Below are positions 1-12,595 of a DNA stretch of 37,726 nt, one piece after another. The DNA is from Bigelowiella natans CCMP2755 (lineage: Eukaryota > Protista > Cercozoa). The DNA lies in NCBI GenBank assembly GCA_000320545.1, contig ADNK01001117.1, forward strand, positions 1-37,726. The letters run 5' to 3'. Position numbers and translations under genes: made by a program. Positions within the stretch are counted from its first letter, which is position 1, and every line of letters begins with the position of its first letter. The notes beneath the pieces were generated by a model. The model had not been told where the DNA came from, did no database searches, and saw only the letters and a program-made list of their open reading frames with translations.

Positions 1-781
1 GCGGCTCGAAATAGATTTTTGTCCATTTTGCGTGAGGAACTGTTCGCGAATTTTTTCATGTATGACGGCGAAGAGTTCTTTCAGCTCTTTCTCCCACCGG
101 TCCTGTTTCCAACCTGGAAGACAATGATATTCAAACAATGATTTCCCTGGAACATATAAAGTGCTTGGGTTTTGTTCTCCGAAGTAGGCCGCGTTGTCAC
201 AAGGGAAAAGTCATGTGAATTGTTTGATACTAGTCGGATTCCAGAAAATCATGCTTTTCAGCGACTACAACCCCCCCCCCCCCCCCCTTCTACTAATATC
301 ATGCGTCACAGAGAGACATTTTCCCATTTAATGGGAAGATTCTTAGAAGTGGACTTTCGCATTCTTCTAAAAGGGGGGCGAAGTGACCCCGGAGCGTATC
401 CTTCGCTGTGTTGGATGCTATGAGGCCGTTGTACCTGATGAGTCCGATTATTTAAAACAATTGTTCGTCTGTTTGTTGCACCCTTTCCAAACTTAAGATT
501 CAAGAGCATTGTTTCTATAAAAGTCAACTTGACTGTCCGCATATGAGCTGCTAAATATGATAGGTTTCGCCGTTGCACAGTGGTGGGAAAAACAAGATAT
601 CCTAACAAAACATCTAAAATCGATTCTGAGAAGGAAAGGAATACCCGCCATGGCCATCGAACACTGAAAGCACGTAAACTTTTTTATTCTTCGAAACCAA
701 GTAACCAAAGCTGTCCTCCTGCCATTGCTTGGCGCCTTTCTTCGAGTCTCCGTGGAGACAATCGCAACTCTTCTCTTCCAT
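1..781 (-). CDS. PP2C/PPM-family Ser/Thr protein phosphatase, 5' part (3' end runs off the window)
   Basis: Spliced exons about 781-645, 433-352 and 113-1 read MEEKSCDCLHGDSKKGAKQWQEDSFGYLVSKNKKVYVLSVFDGHGG|YNGLIASNTAKDTLRGHF...|SWKQDRWEKELKELFAVIHEKI. The PP2C motifs xQED and VFDGHGG are present, and the GT-AG junctions keep frame. Confidence 0.88.
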
Positions 782-1844
782 TAATCCAACGGAGGGGATG
801 AAAGGTTACTAAGACTGATACTCAGGTTCAGTTAATCTTTACTACGTACAATTTTCTTTTATCTCTTTAAATGTAAGATGTGTGGAGGGGTTGGGACTAG
901 AAGCGGAGAGAGAAGGCCCGATGATTAGGGTAGGCCGCTATGTGTATCGAGGTCCCCGGACACAGATTTCGAATAGGATTCCTAAGCGTATAAACCCCTT
1001 TAATTTTATTAGCGCGACATAATTTATCTTCAGTCCGAAATATTCTGCAATTTTCTCGATCGTGCTCTAGTTTTTTACTGTTTTCTATTTTCGTGAAGGA
1101 TTTATCTCACAAACACCACCATTTCCATGAGATATGCGGTTGATAACGGTGAAGATCATAGTCTGGGATGCTTTTCAAGTCGTATTAGGAAAACAAAATG
1201 TTTTGCGCCAGAGCTTTTATTTCGTCAGCCTGCAAGGAGCGAAGATGTGCGTCACCTGTTTTCATGGCGTTCTGGAGGAAATCTCCTGTATCTGGTCAAA
1301 TCAGAGGAGATTTGAGAAATTGCGGGATTTTTCTTGCTTCAGAATAACGCTGGCCTCTCACGAAAGATTCACTTCGGAAATGGGTTCCCTTTTGCCTCGA
1401 CCGATGCGAATCCAGCATGCGATTTTCTAATTCGAGCGAGGAAACATCGCTTTCAGTTCTGAGAAAGGATGGGAAAATCTTCTTTTCTTCCACTGAAAAT
1501 TTGGGGAAGGGGATGCAACCAAACGGGTGCCTTTTTTAGCAAAAATCGACCCGATGATTCAGATAGTGGGGTACTTAGGAGTATGCGCCATTTTCACTAG
1601 ACGCAGATATGAATTGTCCTATATTTCTGTATTAAAACGGGAAATCGGGTCGTGAGCATCCCCTTTCGATGGCGGGTTGCCGTTTGCATCGTCATGCACG
1701 TGGACAATGCAAGCTGCTAGCTGTGGGTGCCTGAATGTGGTCAGAACTGCCCCCAGACGTAGCACCCATTTTCGTAGGCGATATATCCCCTTCCTGCTTT
1801 TTTCCATCTCGCGATCACTGATGGCGTAACCGGAAGTTTCGTGT

Positions 1845-2419
1845 ATGCAAATTAGGCTGCGCAAGAAATCGAGAACCTTGCTAGCGCTCCTTCTCCTTCT
1901 CCTCCAGGCTACGGTGTGCATTCTCAATGCCCCATCGCCTGCAACGTTACGTGAATGTTCGGAGCTCCTGTCCTCTTCTTTAACCTCGGGCAAGAACGGG
2001 AAAGAGCCCGCTCCTCTGGCCCGACATAATGTCCATGGAAGCGCAGATGATGACGGTGCCAAAGGGGTGCTCCCTTCCAATCCATACCAAATTCCACATC
2101 GTTTATGGGACTACTTTCAGCTTGCCATAGGGTATATTTGGAATACTTAAACACGAACATAAGTGTGACGCAAGACATATCACACAGAACAAATATATCC
2201 AACCACATCAGGAACACGCACGCACGCACACACGCACACGACATACGACCTCGTACAATTTCTTCAGGTACACGAAAGGATGTGTGAAAATCGTTAAGGC
2301 GCAAGTGCCCGCCAAGTTTTCTTTTAGCAACCACACAAGGAAGCCAAGGACAAAGACACTGAGCCAAGTTCCCCTTCTGCGTGGGCAAAGCTTCGAAAGA
2401 GATATGGTGCCTATTCCCC

Positions 2420-2490
<71 letters not shown>

Positions 2491-2906
2491 ACACACAGAA
2501 AAGTTGGAAGCACAGGTAAGATTTCTAACCCTTCAACCTTCCCTTGGCGACGCTCGCTTAGGTTAATGACGATCTCAGATGCATCAAAGCATTCCCTTCC
2601 GGCAGAACGGTCGTGTACAGCTGTGAGACCCTGGAGGAGGTTGGGATTGTGGATGTGAATAGGAGGACCATCGTGGGCATCGTTCGCCTACCTGACTCCG
2701 TCACCTGCCTCGTGCCAATTGGTCAAGCTCCGACATTGCAATCAAGTCGTGGTGTGAAAAAATGATTCACGGTTGTTTTGTGCTTTAAATACTAGATCGA
2801 ACCGATTTCTTGTGCGGCCTTACCAGTGGAAAGCTCCTGCGCATCCATAGGGACACTCTAAATTATACTCAGGCGAAATTTGTACATCAAGCGGAAGGTG
2901 CGCGCG

Positions 2907-2986
<80 letters not shown>

Positions 2987-3088
2987 CGTGATGTCATGTT
3001 CTTTTAAGTTTGCTGCTAACACTACAAAAAAGAAAAATTAAGAAGAAGAGTATGTTTATATACTCTGATCTATTATTTGTGTAAATAT

Positions 3089-3141
<53 letters not shown>

Positions 3142-4736
3142 TTTATTTAATTTGATTTTATATGTTTATTTTTCCTTTCCATTCCCTCATCGTGTTCGTT
3201 GTTTGTCGCTCGAATTTCCCAAACGTACTCACCCTTCCAAGCTACCATTTTCAATAAATCAGTTATGTCTATTGCGGTGCATCCACGCGAGAGAGCACTT
3301 GCCCTGTCCGTGTCAAGGGACAACTTCCTCTGTGCTTGGAACCTCACTACTGTAATAATGCGATGGCAGACCAATAACACTCCAATAAGCGATGCAAAAG
3401 AACATCACATATGCAATGTGTGCCACAACGGGCTGGACACACGAAATATTCTTTTGAAATGCCTGCAGTTTATCTCTGCTGCCTCGTTTTGCAGCGTAAT
3501 GAGAGCTCCTCGTTTGCTCGGTATCTTGGGAATCAGATGAAACGGGCCTTTACTTTCGAAACATAAATATGTTGCATAAAGTTCTCATAGCGAAAAATGC
3601 TTTTTAGATGTCGGTCACGCACAAGGTACCGTGCGCAGAAGGGACGTCCAGCATCCTATGGTCGCCATCCGGCAATTTATTTTCAATATCCTCCGAGAAA
3701 ATCACAAGGGTCATCGAGTATGGAGGCCGGGTTATCGGGGAGATACGGTTAGCAACAGCTCTGCATGTTTATTTCCATTCGGTCGCCTTGGATGCGAGAG
3801 CGAGAGTTTTTTATTTTAAAGGGTTGCATCAATATCTCTCGTCTCGATATTCTTCTCCTACACCATTTCTATTCGGGTCGATGGAGAGTAGTGCTTGTTG
3901 ATGAGAAGAATTGTCGCGCGCATTGATTGTTCTTCGACAAAAATAGGCACATGTATATCTCGGAAGGCAGCAGCCCAGCTGTGAAATTCATCAACGACTC
4001 CATGGTCGCCATTGGGGGATTTGGAAAGCCGCTGCTCTATGAGCTTCCCTCCCCCCTGGACATCGATCAAACAATGCGATCAGGTGAGAAGATGGAGCAG
4101 GACTGCGGCCGCCCTCCCGTGCTGAGTCCCTCGTCCCGAGTGGTGCAAAGTGTGGGCTTGGCCTCCGAGATGACGCAACTTGAGATATGTAGATGCCTCA
4201 ACTCAACACGAGACCTTCTCGGTGGAGTCTCTGGGCAAGGTGACGTGGTGTTTTGGGATTTAGACACGCTAGAAGCCTCTGGCTGGATCTCCGCTACGGA
4301 TGGACGCGACAGCATCTCCGCCGCGCTCCCAAATTGCATTTGCACCTTTCCACCGATCGAGTACTTTCCAGGAGCTATTGTCGAAAAGTTCCGGTTCAAA
4401 GGTAATCGGACTGGGAAGCACTCTTATGCGCCGCCTGATCCTCCCATTGGGAGTGGGGCTAACGGAGTTTATTCGAAGGCCCTGTTCTCCGAGGTCCTTC
4501 CGGTGAATGTGGGGGGAGCTCGAAAGGGTGTAAAATACCGTCGGGGTGATAAACATGAGAGATACAGGAGAAATAAGAATGCTAATCCGAAAGCGCGCCA
4601 GAAGAGGAATCGGAACCCGTTCTCTCTAGTCGACGAAAATAAGTATCAACGGCAAGACTCGATGGCTCGGTCATCGAAAGCGCGGCGGCCAGCACAGCGG
4701 CCACGTTCCAAAAATAAACGGAGATCTATATCATGA
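1845..4736 (+). CDS. PAK1IP1: Divergent PAK1IP1/Mak11-like WD40 60S ribosome biogenesis factor with N-terminal signal-peptide-like leader and basic C-terminal tail
   Basis: About 8 in-frame exons. Blocks SVMSIAVHPRERALALSVSRDNFLCAWNL, ILWSPSG, AVKFINDSMVAIGG and VSGQGDVVFWDL follow, in order, PAK1IP1 blocks as I recall them (SIHPSGKLALSVGTDKTLRTWNL, WSPRG, SVKFLSESVLAVAG). The tail is K/R-rich. Orthology was judged by eye, not by search. Confidence 0.72.
2416..2484. repeat. Compound intronic microsatellite C(n)-(TC)n-(AC)n
   Basis: Directly visible. It is representative of more than 25 intronic or intergenic SSRs in the window. Confidence 0.95.
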
Positions 4737-4824
4737 ATTTGTTGCAGGAGTCACACACGATATCAGGCTCATCTAGTAATATGTGGAGTGAGCTTGTTCT
4801 CTCTTGAGGTGTGTGGGCAGTGAC

Positions 4825-4988
4825 ATGCTCATGTAAGATGGATGTAATGAATCACATTAAATTTGTTCAATGGTCATCCTCATGCAGCTCTAGAGCTGTG
4901 CAATGCTCATGTGAGACGGATGTGATGAAGAATCAAATTTTTTCAATGGTCATCCTGATGTAGCTGTGCAATGCAGCGGCTACAGCGC
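4825..4988 (+). repeat. Two tandem ~70-78 bp units of a dispersed repeat family (related copies at 34022-34532)
   Basis: Units 4825-4902 and 4903-4970 share atgctcatgt(a/g)aga(t/c)ggatgt(a/g)atgaa...ttcaatggtcatcct.atg(c/t)agct...gtgca, followed by atgcagcggctacagcgc. Confidence 0.85.
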
Positions 4989-5773
4989 TAATGTTGCATC
5001 TGTTGGTTTCTGCCACAATGTGTTTCATGCATTTGAAAGCGTCCTCATGCGACCGATGTTGCCGCGCACTGCGCGCAGCAGTTCTGGATTCAATTTCAGC
5101 CTTTGTCAACCGGTTCGTGTCGTCGTTGCGATTCATGATCGCGCGCATTTGATTGCGCAATCTGATTTGTTCTCGACCATGTGTTGGACATGCAATGCTC
5201 ATGTATGTGTAGACGTACGGTACGTGCACTGATTGCATGATTGATGGACCCTGCTAGCCTGCAACGCATTTGCAGAGCAATTGTACAAAGTTGACTCTGC
5301 CACTATAGAGCAAGGAGCATCACGTCATGTCTAGATGTGATTCTGAATGTCGCGCGTATATGCATAAATGATGCCTTGCTAGCTAGCTAGTGCAAATGAT
5401 TGTCACAAAAGTGACGCATCCTTCGCAGAGATGCAACGTTTACCCGATGCATTACATTTCATTACTTCGCCTGTTGCAGGCTCGAATAAAATTGCATTTC
5501 GATTGATTTTTTTTTTAATGATAACAATCAAAGTAATAAATTATGCTACGCAAGCTAGCAAGGGGCAATATGCTACATCGTAGCTCGTAGCTAACTAAAC
5601 TAAAAGATATAAAACTCTAATAAGCGTACTCGCATTGACTGCTAAAAACAAGAAAACAACCATATCAGCTAGAGCTCCAGCTAGTCACTGATATAGAACT
5701 CTCTTAAGATTATTGTGAATGCCAAAGCACTTTCAAAATAAAATTGTCGGAAACTGGCAGCTATGGTTCCTAG

Positions 5774-6552
5774 CTATGGTTCCTCGCTATGGGCAGGAAA
5801 TTGGCGAGTGCTCGGGCTCCCACGGCTACCGCTCCCTCCACTCCCAATAGTACCCAGAAAGCTTTCTGTATTCGAGAAGCGCCCTGAACGTTCACGGGCC
5901 CTATTGACTCGCGGCGGCGACTTTCCCAGCTCTCTCTCCCCGATAGAAAAATCTCTGAGCGAAGAAGTCAACGACGCGATTGTGCTTGTGGTGTCGGCCC
6001 CATCCTTGCTTCCGGATCCTGCTGATAACGCTCCTGCTGTCGGTGTATAGCTACTACCCTGCTGCTTTTCATCAAAGTCCTGTTCTTCCCGTAATGAGTT
6101 GGCTGGGTTCAATTTCGCATCCAAAGTATTATTCGGGAGAGGTTCTCCATCACTCCCAACAGAAACGTTGTCAGAGGTCGCAGCCTTAGAGCTACCTCTG
6201 TTTCCAATAGCTTCTCTCGTGAGTTGTTCGGGGGAGGCTGTCTGAGCAGGCAAAAGCTGGTAACGCACGCTTTTCATATCCTGCAGCTCACATCGTCCAT
6301 CGTCGTAGAGTACGTACCAAATATCCGTAGTTCTGGTGTTAAGAGAGAAAAATGAGGGCCAAGTGAGAAGGGGGTGGTGTATGTATTCGTGTAGGCGTGT
6401 GTGAGGAAGCGTACGAAACGAAGAGGCTCGGGACTGGTCGCACGTCGGCAAGATCACCAATAGCAAACCAAACAAGTTCGGTGGTGCTGTATGAATTCCC
6501 ATTCCCCCGCCCCAACTACCTTATCTCATTTACTTAATTACTTCGATTACAT

Positions 6553-6583
<31 letters not shown>

Positions 6584-7147
6584 CACTACCCTTTCTTCTT
6601 CCTGACGAGCAAACCGCTGGAGGCAATGTATTCACCCTTCTTGTACACGGTAATACGCTTCCCCCTGCTCAACACAGCGTTATCTCCCTCCTCGGTCTCC
6701 CCTTCGGTACCATTCTGATTGTCAGTCTCCGGGCTAACGCTGAAAAAGTCGGTTATATTGAATTTCTGCTCGGCAGATCTGTCCTGATTGCTTGACCCAA
6801 TGATGGGAGCGACCTCGTCCACAATCGATTCCTTGCGAGTGCTCGCATGCATCTCCTCCAATCGCGACTGCAGAGCTTCAAGGTGCTCTTCGATGTGCGC
6901 CGCCTCGGCCATACGGTTGTCCTGTTGGGCCTGCCGCTTCGAGGCTGAATGGGGGAGAGGCGGTGAGGAGAAAGGGGGGGGGGGGGGACATTGACTACGA
7001 GCACGATTTAAGTATGTTTGTTTCAGGTTGATCTCTCAATACGGTATAATTCAGGTGTCGCAACATTGTAGTTAGAGATGTAGCACACCCAAGCACACGC
7101 AAATACCATGGATTTAGATGTATCTTCATACACCAAATGTAAGTGTG

Positions 7148-7198
<51 letters not shown>

Positions 7199-8587
7199 AT
7201 ATATATACCCAAGTATCCCACTCCCCCTCCCCCCTTCCCGGTCAACCATTTTGCTAGATTACCATGTAAGACATGGAGCTCATTCGTCAGGATGCTAAGC
7301 GTCTCTTCCATTGTTTCCTTGGAACCCTTCGCTTTTTCCTGGGCTACAGCTGGAGGCTTGCTTGGTATTTTGGCATCGTTTATCCGATAAAAGAGGTACT
7401 CGTCCTTCACTATGTGGTCTTTTGTCACGTGCTCGATTACTCCCAAGCGGTGAAGCTTATTCAAGATATATACCTGGGTATGAAAACATAGAAGCTTTCA
7501 TATGAATGCATGATGTAGGCTGATGATGATGTTTGCGTTAAAGCAAGTATGGCGTGCGTGCACTGGGCGGGGAAGGGGGAGGATGGAAGAGAGGAAGTGT
7601 ATTTTGAATGTGCTGAGGAGTTTGTTATGCTCTCGAGATGGACCGCTTTCTTCCTGTTCTTTGCGTACTTGTTGGTCACCATCCATGTCACAGCATCCTG
7701 GCCAACCAAGCAATTTTTGTAGGTCTTAAAGTGATACATTCGGTCTTTTACATCCAGATTTTTTAGCAGGGTCCGAGCAAGCTCTGCAAGGCTGATCTTC
7801 TTCTCCGAGGGAGAAGAACAATCTGACCTGTCGTTGGGTGTGCTACTACCACTGATATCGTCGTTATTGTTACTGTTGTTGTTGTTGTTGAGTGTGGTTG
7901 TGATGGAGCGGGATGACGATAATGACGGTCGCCGGCGTGCTGATCTCGATGATTGCAATGGCGCAAGAACCTCAGTTCCGTCATTTGCCGTAAGGGACAT
8001 CCACCCCTGAGTGGGGTAGATCACCTTCACTCGATTACCCTCTACACTTTCCAGAAGAACCTTTGTGCCTGCGTACGACACGACTGTTACTCTTCCAAGC
8101 AAGATCGGAGGGGGGCAAGGTTCAAGTGATCTTGTGAATTGGAAATGAAGTCGACAATGTTCTCTTTGTGTTTCGTCGCTGTAGCAGAAACCATAGGAAT
8201 CTTATGTTTGACCCTTTCCTCCCTCCCACCCTCCCCCCATAGATCGAAAAAGAAAGGTGATGGACGTTTCACAACCACCTTTGGAGAGACGTGCAACAAC
8301 AGGTGAAGTAATGGATGGCTCGGCGTTCATATCGCCTAATGGCGCAACCACGTGATGCGAGACGAGAGCACCCACTTCATCATTCCCATTGCTACTACTG
8401 CTTTGGTCGGCGTCATTTCTGTACTTACTCTCTCCTCCGAATTCTCCCCGCTCTCCGCCTTTCCCAACCGTCGAGGTGCGCTTGTTCACTAGCTCGGGGG
8501 CTTCGTTCTTTTGAGATCCGTCACAACCCTTATCACGATGCCCACTAACCTCATCGGATCTAGACGTCAGATCCTCGTTTTCTTTCC
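5774..8587 (-). CDS. Multidomain protein: SH3b-like domain, DEP domain, coiled coil, Tudor-like domain (5' end unresolved, further exons probably upstream of 8587)
   Basis: Spliced: AEPSITSPVVARLSKG|TKVLLESVEGNRVKVIYPTQGWMSL (SH3b-like); VKDRMYHFKTYKNCLVGQDAVTWMV...LHRLGVIEHVTKDHIVKDEYLFYRI (clear DEP); GKRITVY...WYVLYDDGRCELQDM (Tudor-like YDDG motif). Stop at 5774. Confidence 0.78.
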
Positions 8588-9339
8588 CTGGGAGCAAATT
8601 TACACAAAATAGAAATCAACGATGCCTCAGTTCGCCATCGATCACCAATCTTAAACATAAAAACAAGGACGATGAAGTGGCTAAATTCTGTGAATCTATT
8701 ATGGGAAATCCGTCTCAGTGCTCAGGATATTTATAAGAGAGGCATGCATGTTGGGTGGGCCAGCGTATCGTGTATCTTGATCGAGCACCTTCCACCATCC
8801 TCCTGGTTCGGGGATAACCACTACGAGGCCCCAGAAAATGGCGAAAGTAATGCCGAAAATAACCTGCGACAATGCAACTAACACTTAAAATCGAAATACT
8901 TTCCATGTCATCGCCCTGCACTTCCAACCGTCCACAACCATGCCGTTTCGCCACTACGACCCTGTATCTGGATGAGTCGCAACCCCAAATTCACATTTGT
9001 GCTGTCATGAATCTTCTCGTAGGAAGTTTTCAGCTCAAAAAGTTTCCTAACGCTGAACGGATACCAACACTCGCACAGCCAGACAGAAAGACCGACGAGC
9101 CGACGGATCGGATGAAGGCACCGGAGGCTGGTGGTGCAGGGGGAAGGGGAGGTCAGGAATTCCAATTCGATTGCAAATGAGAGGCTTTCCTAAAGGAGTA
9201 GTGAGCTTTCCCACTTCATTCTTGATGAAATAAAATGGTTGTGGACAACAGTACGAGTGATTGCGAATGCACAATCTGACCATCAGAGGCGAAAGCGGAG
9301 AGCTCCACTCCCCCTCCGGCCCTAGATGAATCAGCAGGG

Positions 9340-10438
9340 ATGACGCAGGAGGCTACCGCTAGTATTGCGGATGGAGCTGGATTCTGGAAGCATGTATATC
9401 ATCTGATAGAGAAGAAATAGCCGTGAGTCGTTTGCTGATTGTCTTGTTCAAAGGGTCTTCTGGCTCCATACGTGCCCTCTGGTAAAGAAGATATCAAGGA
9501 AGCTCTGGAATGGGTCCGTTCTTGTCGACAGCATATCCAGCTCCAAAATTAGCCCTTGTCGCTGATTCTGCAGCTGTTTAAATAGGCTAAAACGCATTGC
9601 AAAGGAGTCAACGAGAAGACGAAGGTTTGGTGGGGCTAATGTTATGGGATCAGATAATGCAGTCTGCAGATTCCATGAAGAACTTGTGTCTACCTTCTTA
9701 TTAATGGTAATCTTTCATTAGCTCTTTGATCTTGGAAGCGGCGACGGGCGAGTGGTGATTGAAGCGGCACAGAAGGGTGTTGTCCTGCTAATATTGAACG
9801 TTTGACAATGATTAAGACCGCAGAGATTCGTATACTCAACCATTTCCTGTCAAGGCTTTTACTCCGTGGGTGTCGAACTCGATGGAAAGCTCATGGATCA
9901 TGCAAAACAACAAGCAAAGGCCAAGGGAGTGGCAGACAGGTCTAGTAGCTTACATAGCAACGCGCATCGTCGCATTAATCGCTGTATGTTCAATCTCATG
10001 TATTTTGCGCAATTGGGGCTCGAACAGAGTGACGTTCCTGCAGCAAGATTTCCTGGAAGTGTTAGAAAGTCAGAGTAAGGTGAAATATGTAAATATTCTA
10101 CATTGAATGGAGTGGGGAGACATTTACCTGTGATCTTCTTTGTAGGAGATGGGAATTGTCGTCGTGTATCTGCTTTCAGCCGGTTTGTTTGAGATTTCTT
10201 AACTGTAACGAGAGAGAATGAAATTGAAAGGAAAATATATACTTCAAAACTCTGTATGATTCCGATTGTTGCTATGATAATATTGTGCACTCAAGCCCTC
10301 CGAAAGATAGATACGAAGCTTGACGTTTTATGGAAAAATGGCCAGATTATAATAAGTTTCGGATGGCCACTTGCTTACAACTATTGGGCTGAACGACTGA
10401 AATTCAAAGGGAAAAACTTCTTCATTTATGCAAAGTAG
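9340..10438 (+). CDS. Class I SAM-dependent methyltransferase, FAM173/ANTKMT-like
   Basis: Short exons splice to LLAPYVPSG...LFDLGSGDGRVVIEAAQKG|FYSVGVELD...VTFLQQDFLE...IVVVYLL...IIISFGWPL. These are motif I (DLGSGDGR), post-I (GVELD) and the PYVP motif typical of this group. Confidence 0.85.
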
Positions 10439-10801
10439 ACATACCATTGATAGCAACGCATATTGTCATCATATTCCACAAGCACAGCTAGACAGGGTTG
10501 ATTGCTTATGCAACGTACCCTACTTATAATTGCAATTACGCGGCTTGCCACAAATAAGAGGGAGCGGCATCGGTCGAACGTAAAGTGTACACATGCACAG
10601 CGCACATTAATTTACGTACATGATTATCGACCAATGGTGCACACATAAATAGTCGTATGTATGTCCGCGCGCGCCGCTGCTGCCCATGCCTAGCTATGCC
10701 TACTAATATTATTCCGTACGTACGTACCTACAGCGTGCCTCGCTAGTGCGATCGTGACACGCGCATCAATAACAACTAGAATAGTCCATTATGTTTCCCG
10801 C

Positions 10802-10838
<37 letters not shown>

Positions 10839-11095
10839 AGCGTGTGCACGTACGCATACAAGGAAGGGAAGCACACGATACGTATACTTGCACATTATTC
10901 CAGTTACTACTTGCTGTGTAGCATTTCTGACTTTACAAGTTGGCACGTTATTATCCCACCACCATGCTCATCATGGATATTCGATATCTTTTCATGTGCT
11001 TCCCTGACCCTGAACCATTTGTGTAAACAGACGCAAAGGTGGGTGGAGCCTCACACCTCACACACATCTCCCGATGACCTATCATCGCACACCAC

Positions 11096-12556
11096 TCAGA
11101 GGTCCTCTTGTACGAAAAACATAGCCTGCCGTCCCATTTTCGCATCCTATGCAAAATTGGCAAACGAGTGAAGACATGATGATGCCGTTTATTAACGAAT
11201 GCGAACACGCAGATGCATTTTTTTTGGGGCCTCTTACGACTACCTACCTACCTTCAAAGTCATGCTCGCGTCCTCCCATTTCTTTGACGGGAACCTGAAT
11301 TAAGTCGCAACTGGCGGTGAAGAACAGCAGCACTTGGGGGTTTCTCTCAAAAAAATGTTTTCGTTTTTCTAGTGCGTAATGTCAGGGGGAAGGAGGCGAG
11401 GGCGGGGAGGATGTAGGCGCCTACCTTGACTTCAACACCCATTTCTCGATCTCGTCCCCGTGTGGTGTCAATAGATCATATCTGAATAATAACAGAGATG
11501 GAAGATATGAACACACACACACACATACACACATGCACACCCTTGGATAGAGCAGGATTACAATATGGACAACATGAATACAATGATTTCGATACAGGAG
11601 AAGAAAAAGATCAAACATTCAGCAAGGTGGTGATGGGGATAGCGAGGATGGGAAGTCCGCGATCACAACGTACGTTTGCACTAGGCTGAATAAGGTCCCA
11701 AATTTCTCCTCTTGTGGAAATCTGCGCTTGATCTGCATTGAACGGTGGGGGAGCACAACAGGATGTATCATCACTAGTGTACCCGCTCCCTCTCACTCAC
11801 TCACTCACTCACTCACTCACTCACTCTCACTCACGTTTGAAATTACCTGTTGGCCATCTGGCAAACGGATTGCTACTAGAACCACCTATTATCAAACAGC
11901 AAGCCGTGAATAGTATCAATGGTTGAGGAAGGAATGGAGGAGAAGAAGAGAGGGGGTTTCGAACAACGATACAATGATGATGGTGATGGTGGTGTTGATG
12001 TTGGATGATGATGATGATGATGATGCTGATGATGATGATGAGAGTAGCTGGGAACTATTGTTGAATGCAAGACATAGATGACACTGGGTTTAGAGGGGGG
12101 GAGGATATAATTTCTCTGGCGACGTAAGCACACACCCCAGGCCCCATCGGCGGTTCGTTGGCCATCAACTTCTCTCTCCTTGATAATTTATCCTGAGCCC
12201 TCTTCTCTTCGGCCTGTGGTATGACCCATCACATCAGTATGATGCAGAGTCGCAAAGTGATAGCCGAGCGCTGTACACAACAACAAACGCTTGACTACCT
12301 CATCTTCCTCCCTTCTTTTCCTCTCCTCCTCCTCCTTTCGCTTTTTCTCCTCCATCTCGGCGACGGCCTCCAACTATACACAGTTAAATATGAGGAGGAG
12401 GAGGAGAAAAATGGAGAAGATGAAGTCGAAATGAATGTGAAAGAGAAGAGAAGTATGTGGAAGATTAGAGATTTTCGGCTGCGACATGCAAATGAAGTAC
12501 ACATTCTACATCTACAACAAAGAACAATATTTATAGACGACTCGGCTTCTTTGCAG

Positions 12557-12595
<39 letters not shown>

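Noticed and set aside
1127-1493. Short ORFs between the PP2C and PAK1IP1-like genes
   Set aside because: No motif or consistent splice chain. Probably UTR or promoter sequence.
2208-2658. ORFs with HTHT/CVCV/ERER/poly-M runs here and throughout the window
   Set aside because: Translations of intronic microsatellites.
5761-5793. 13-bp near-triplicate ctatggttcct at the DEP gene stop
   Set aside because: A small local slippage duplication with no evidence of function.
6250-6670. PH domain after the DEP domain
   Set aside because: Too short and lacks the C-terminal Trp helix. The YDDG pattern fits a Tudor-like barrel better.
8699-8884. Hydrophobic 61-aa ORF as a membrane protein
   Set aside because: Non-ATG start. 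The hydrophobic part lies upstream of a plausible acceptor (ctcgtag), and I could not join it confidently to the DEP gene.
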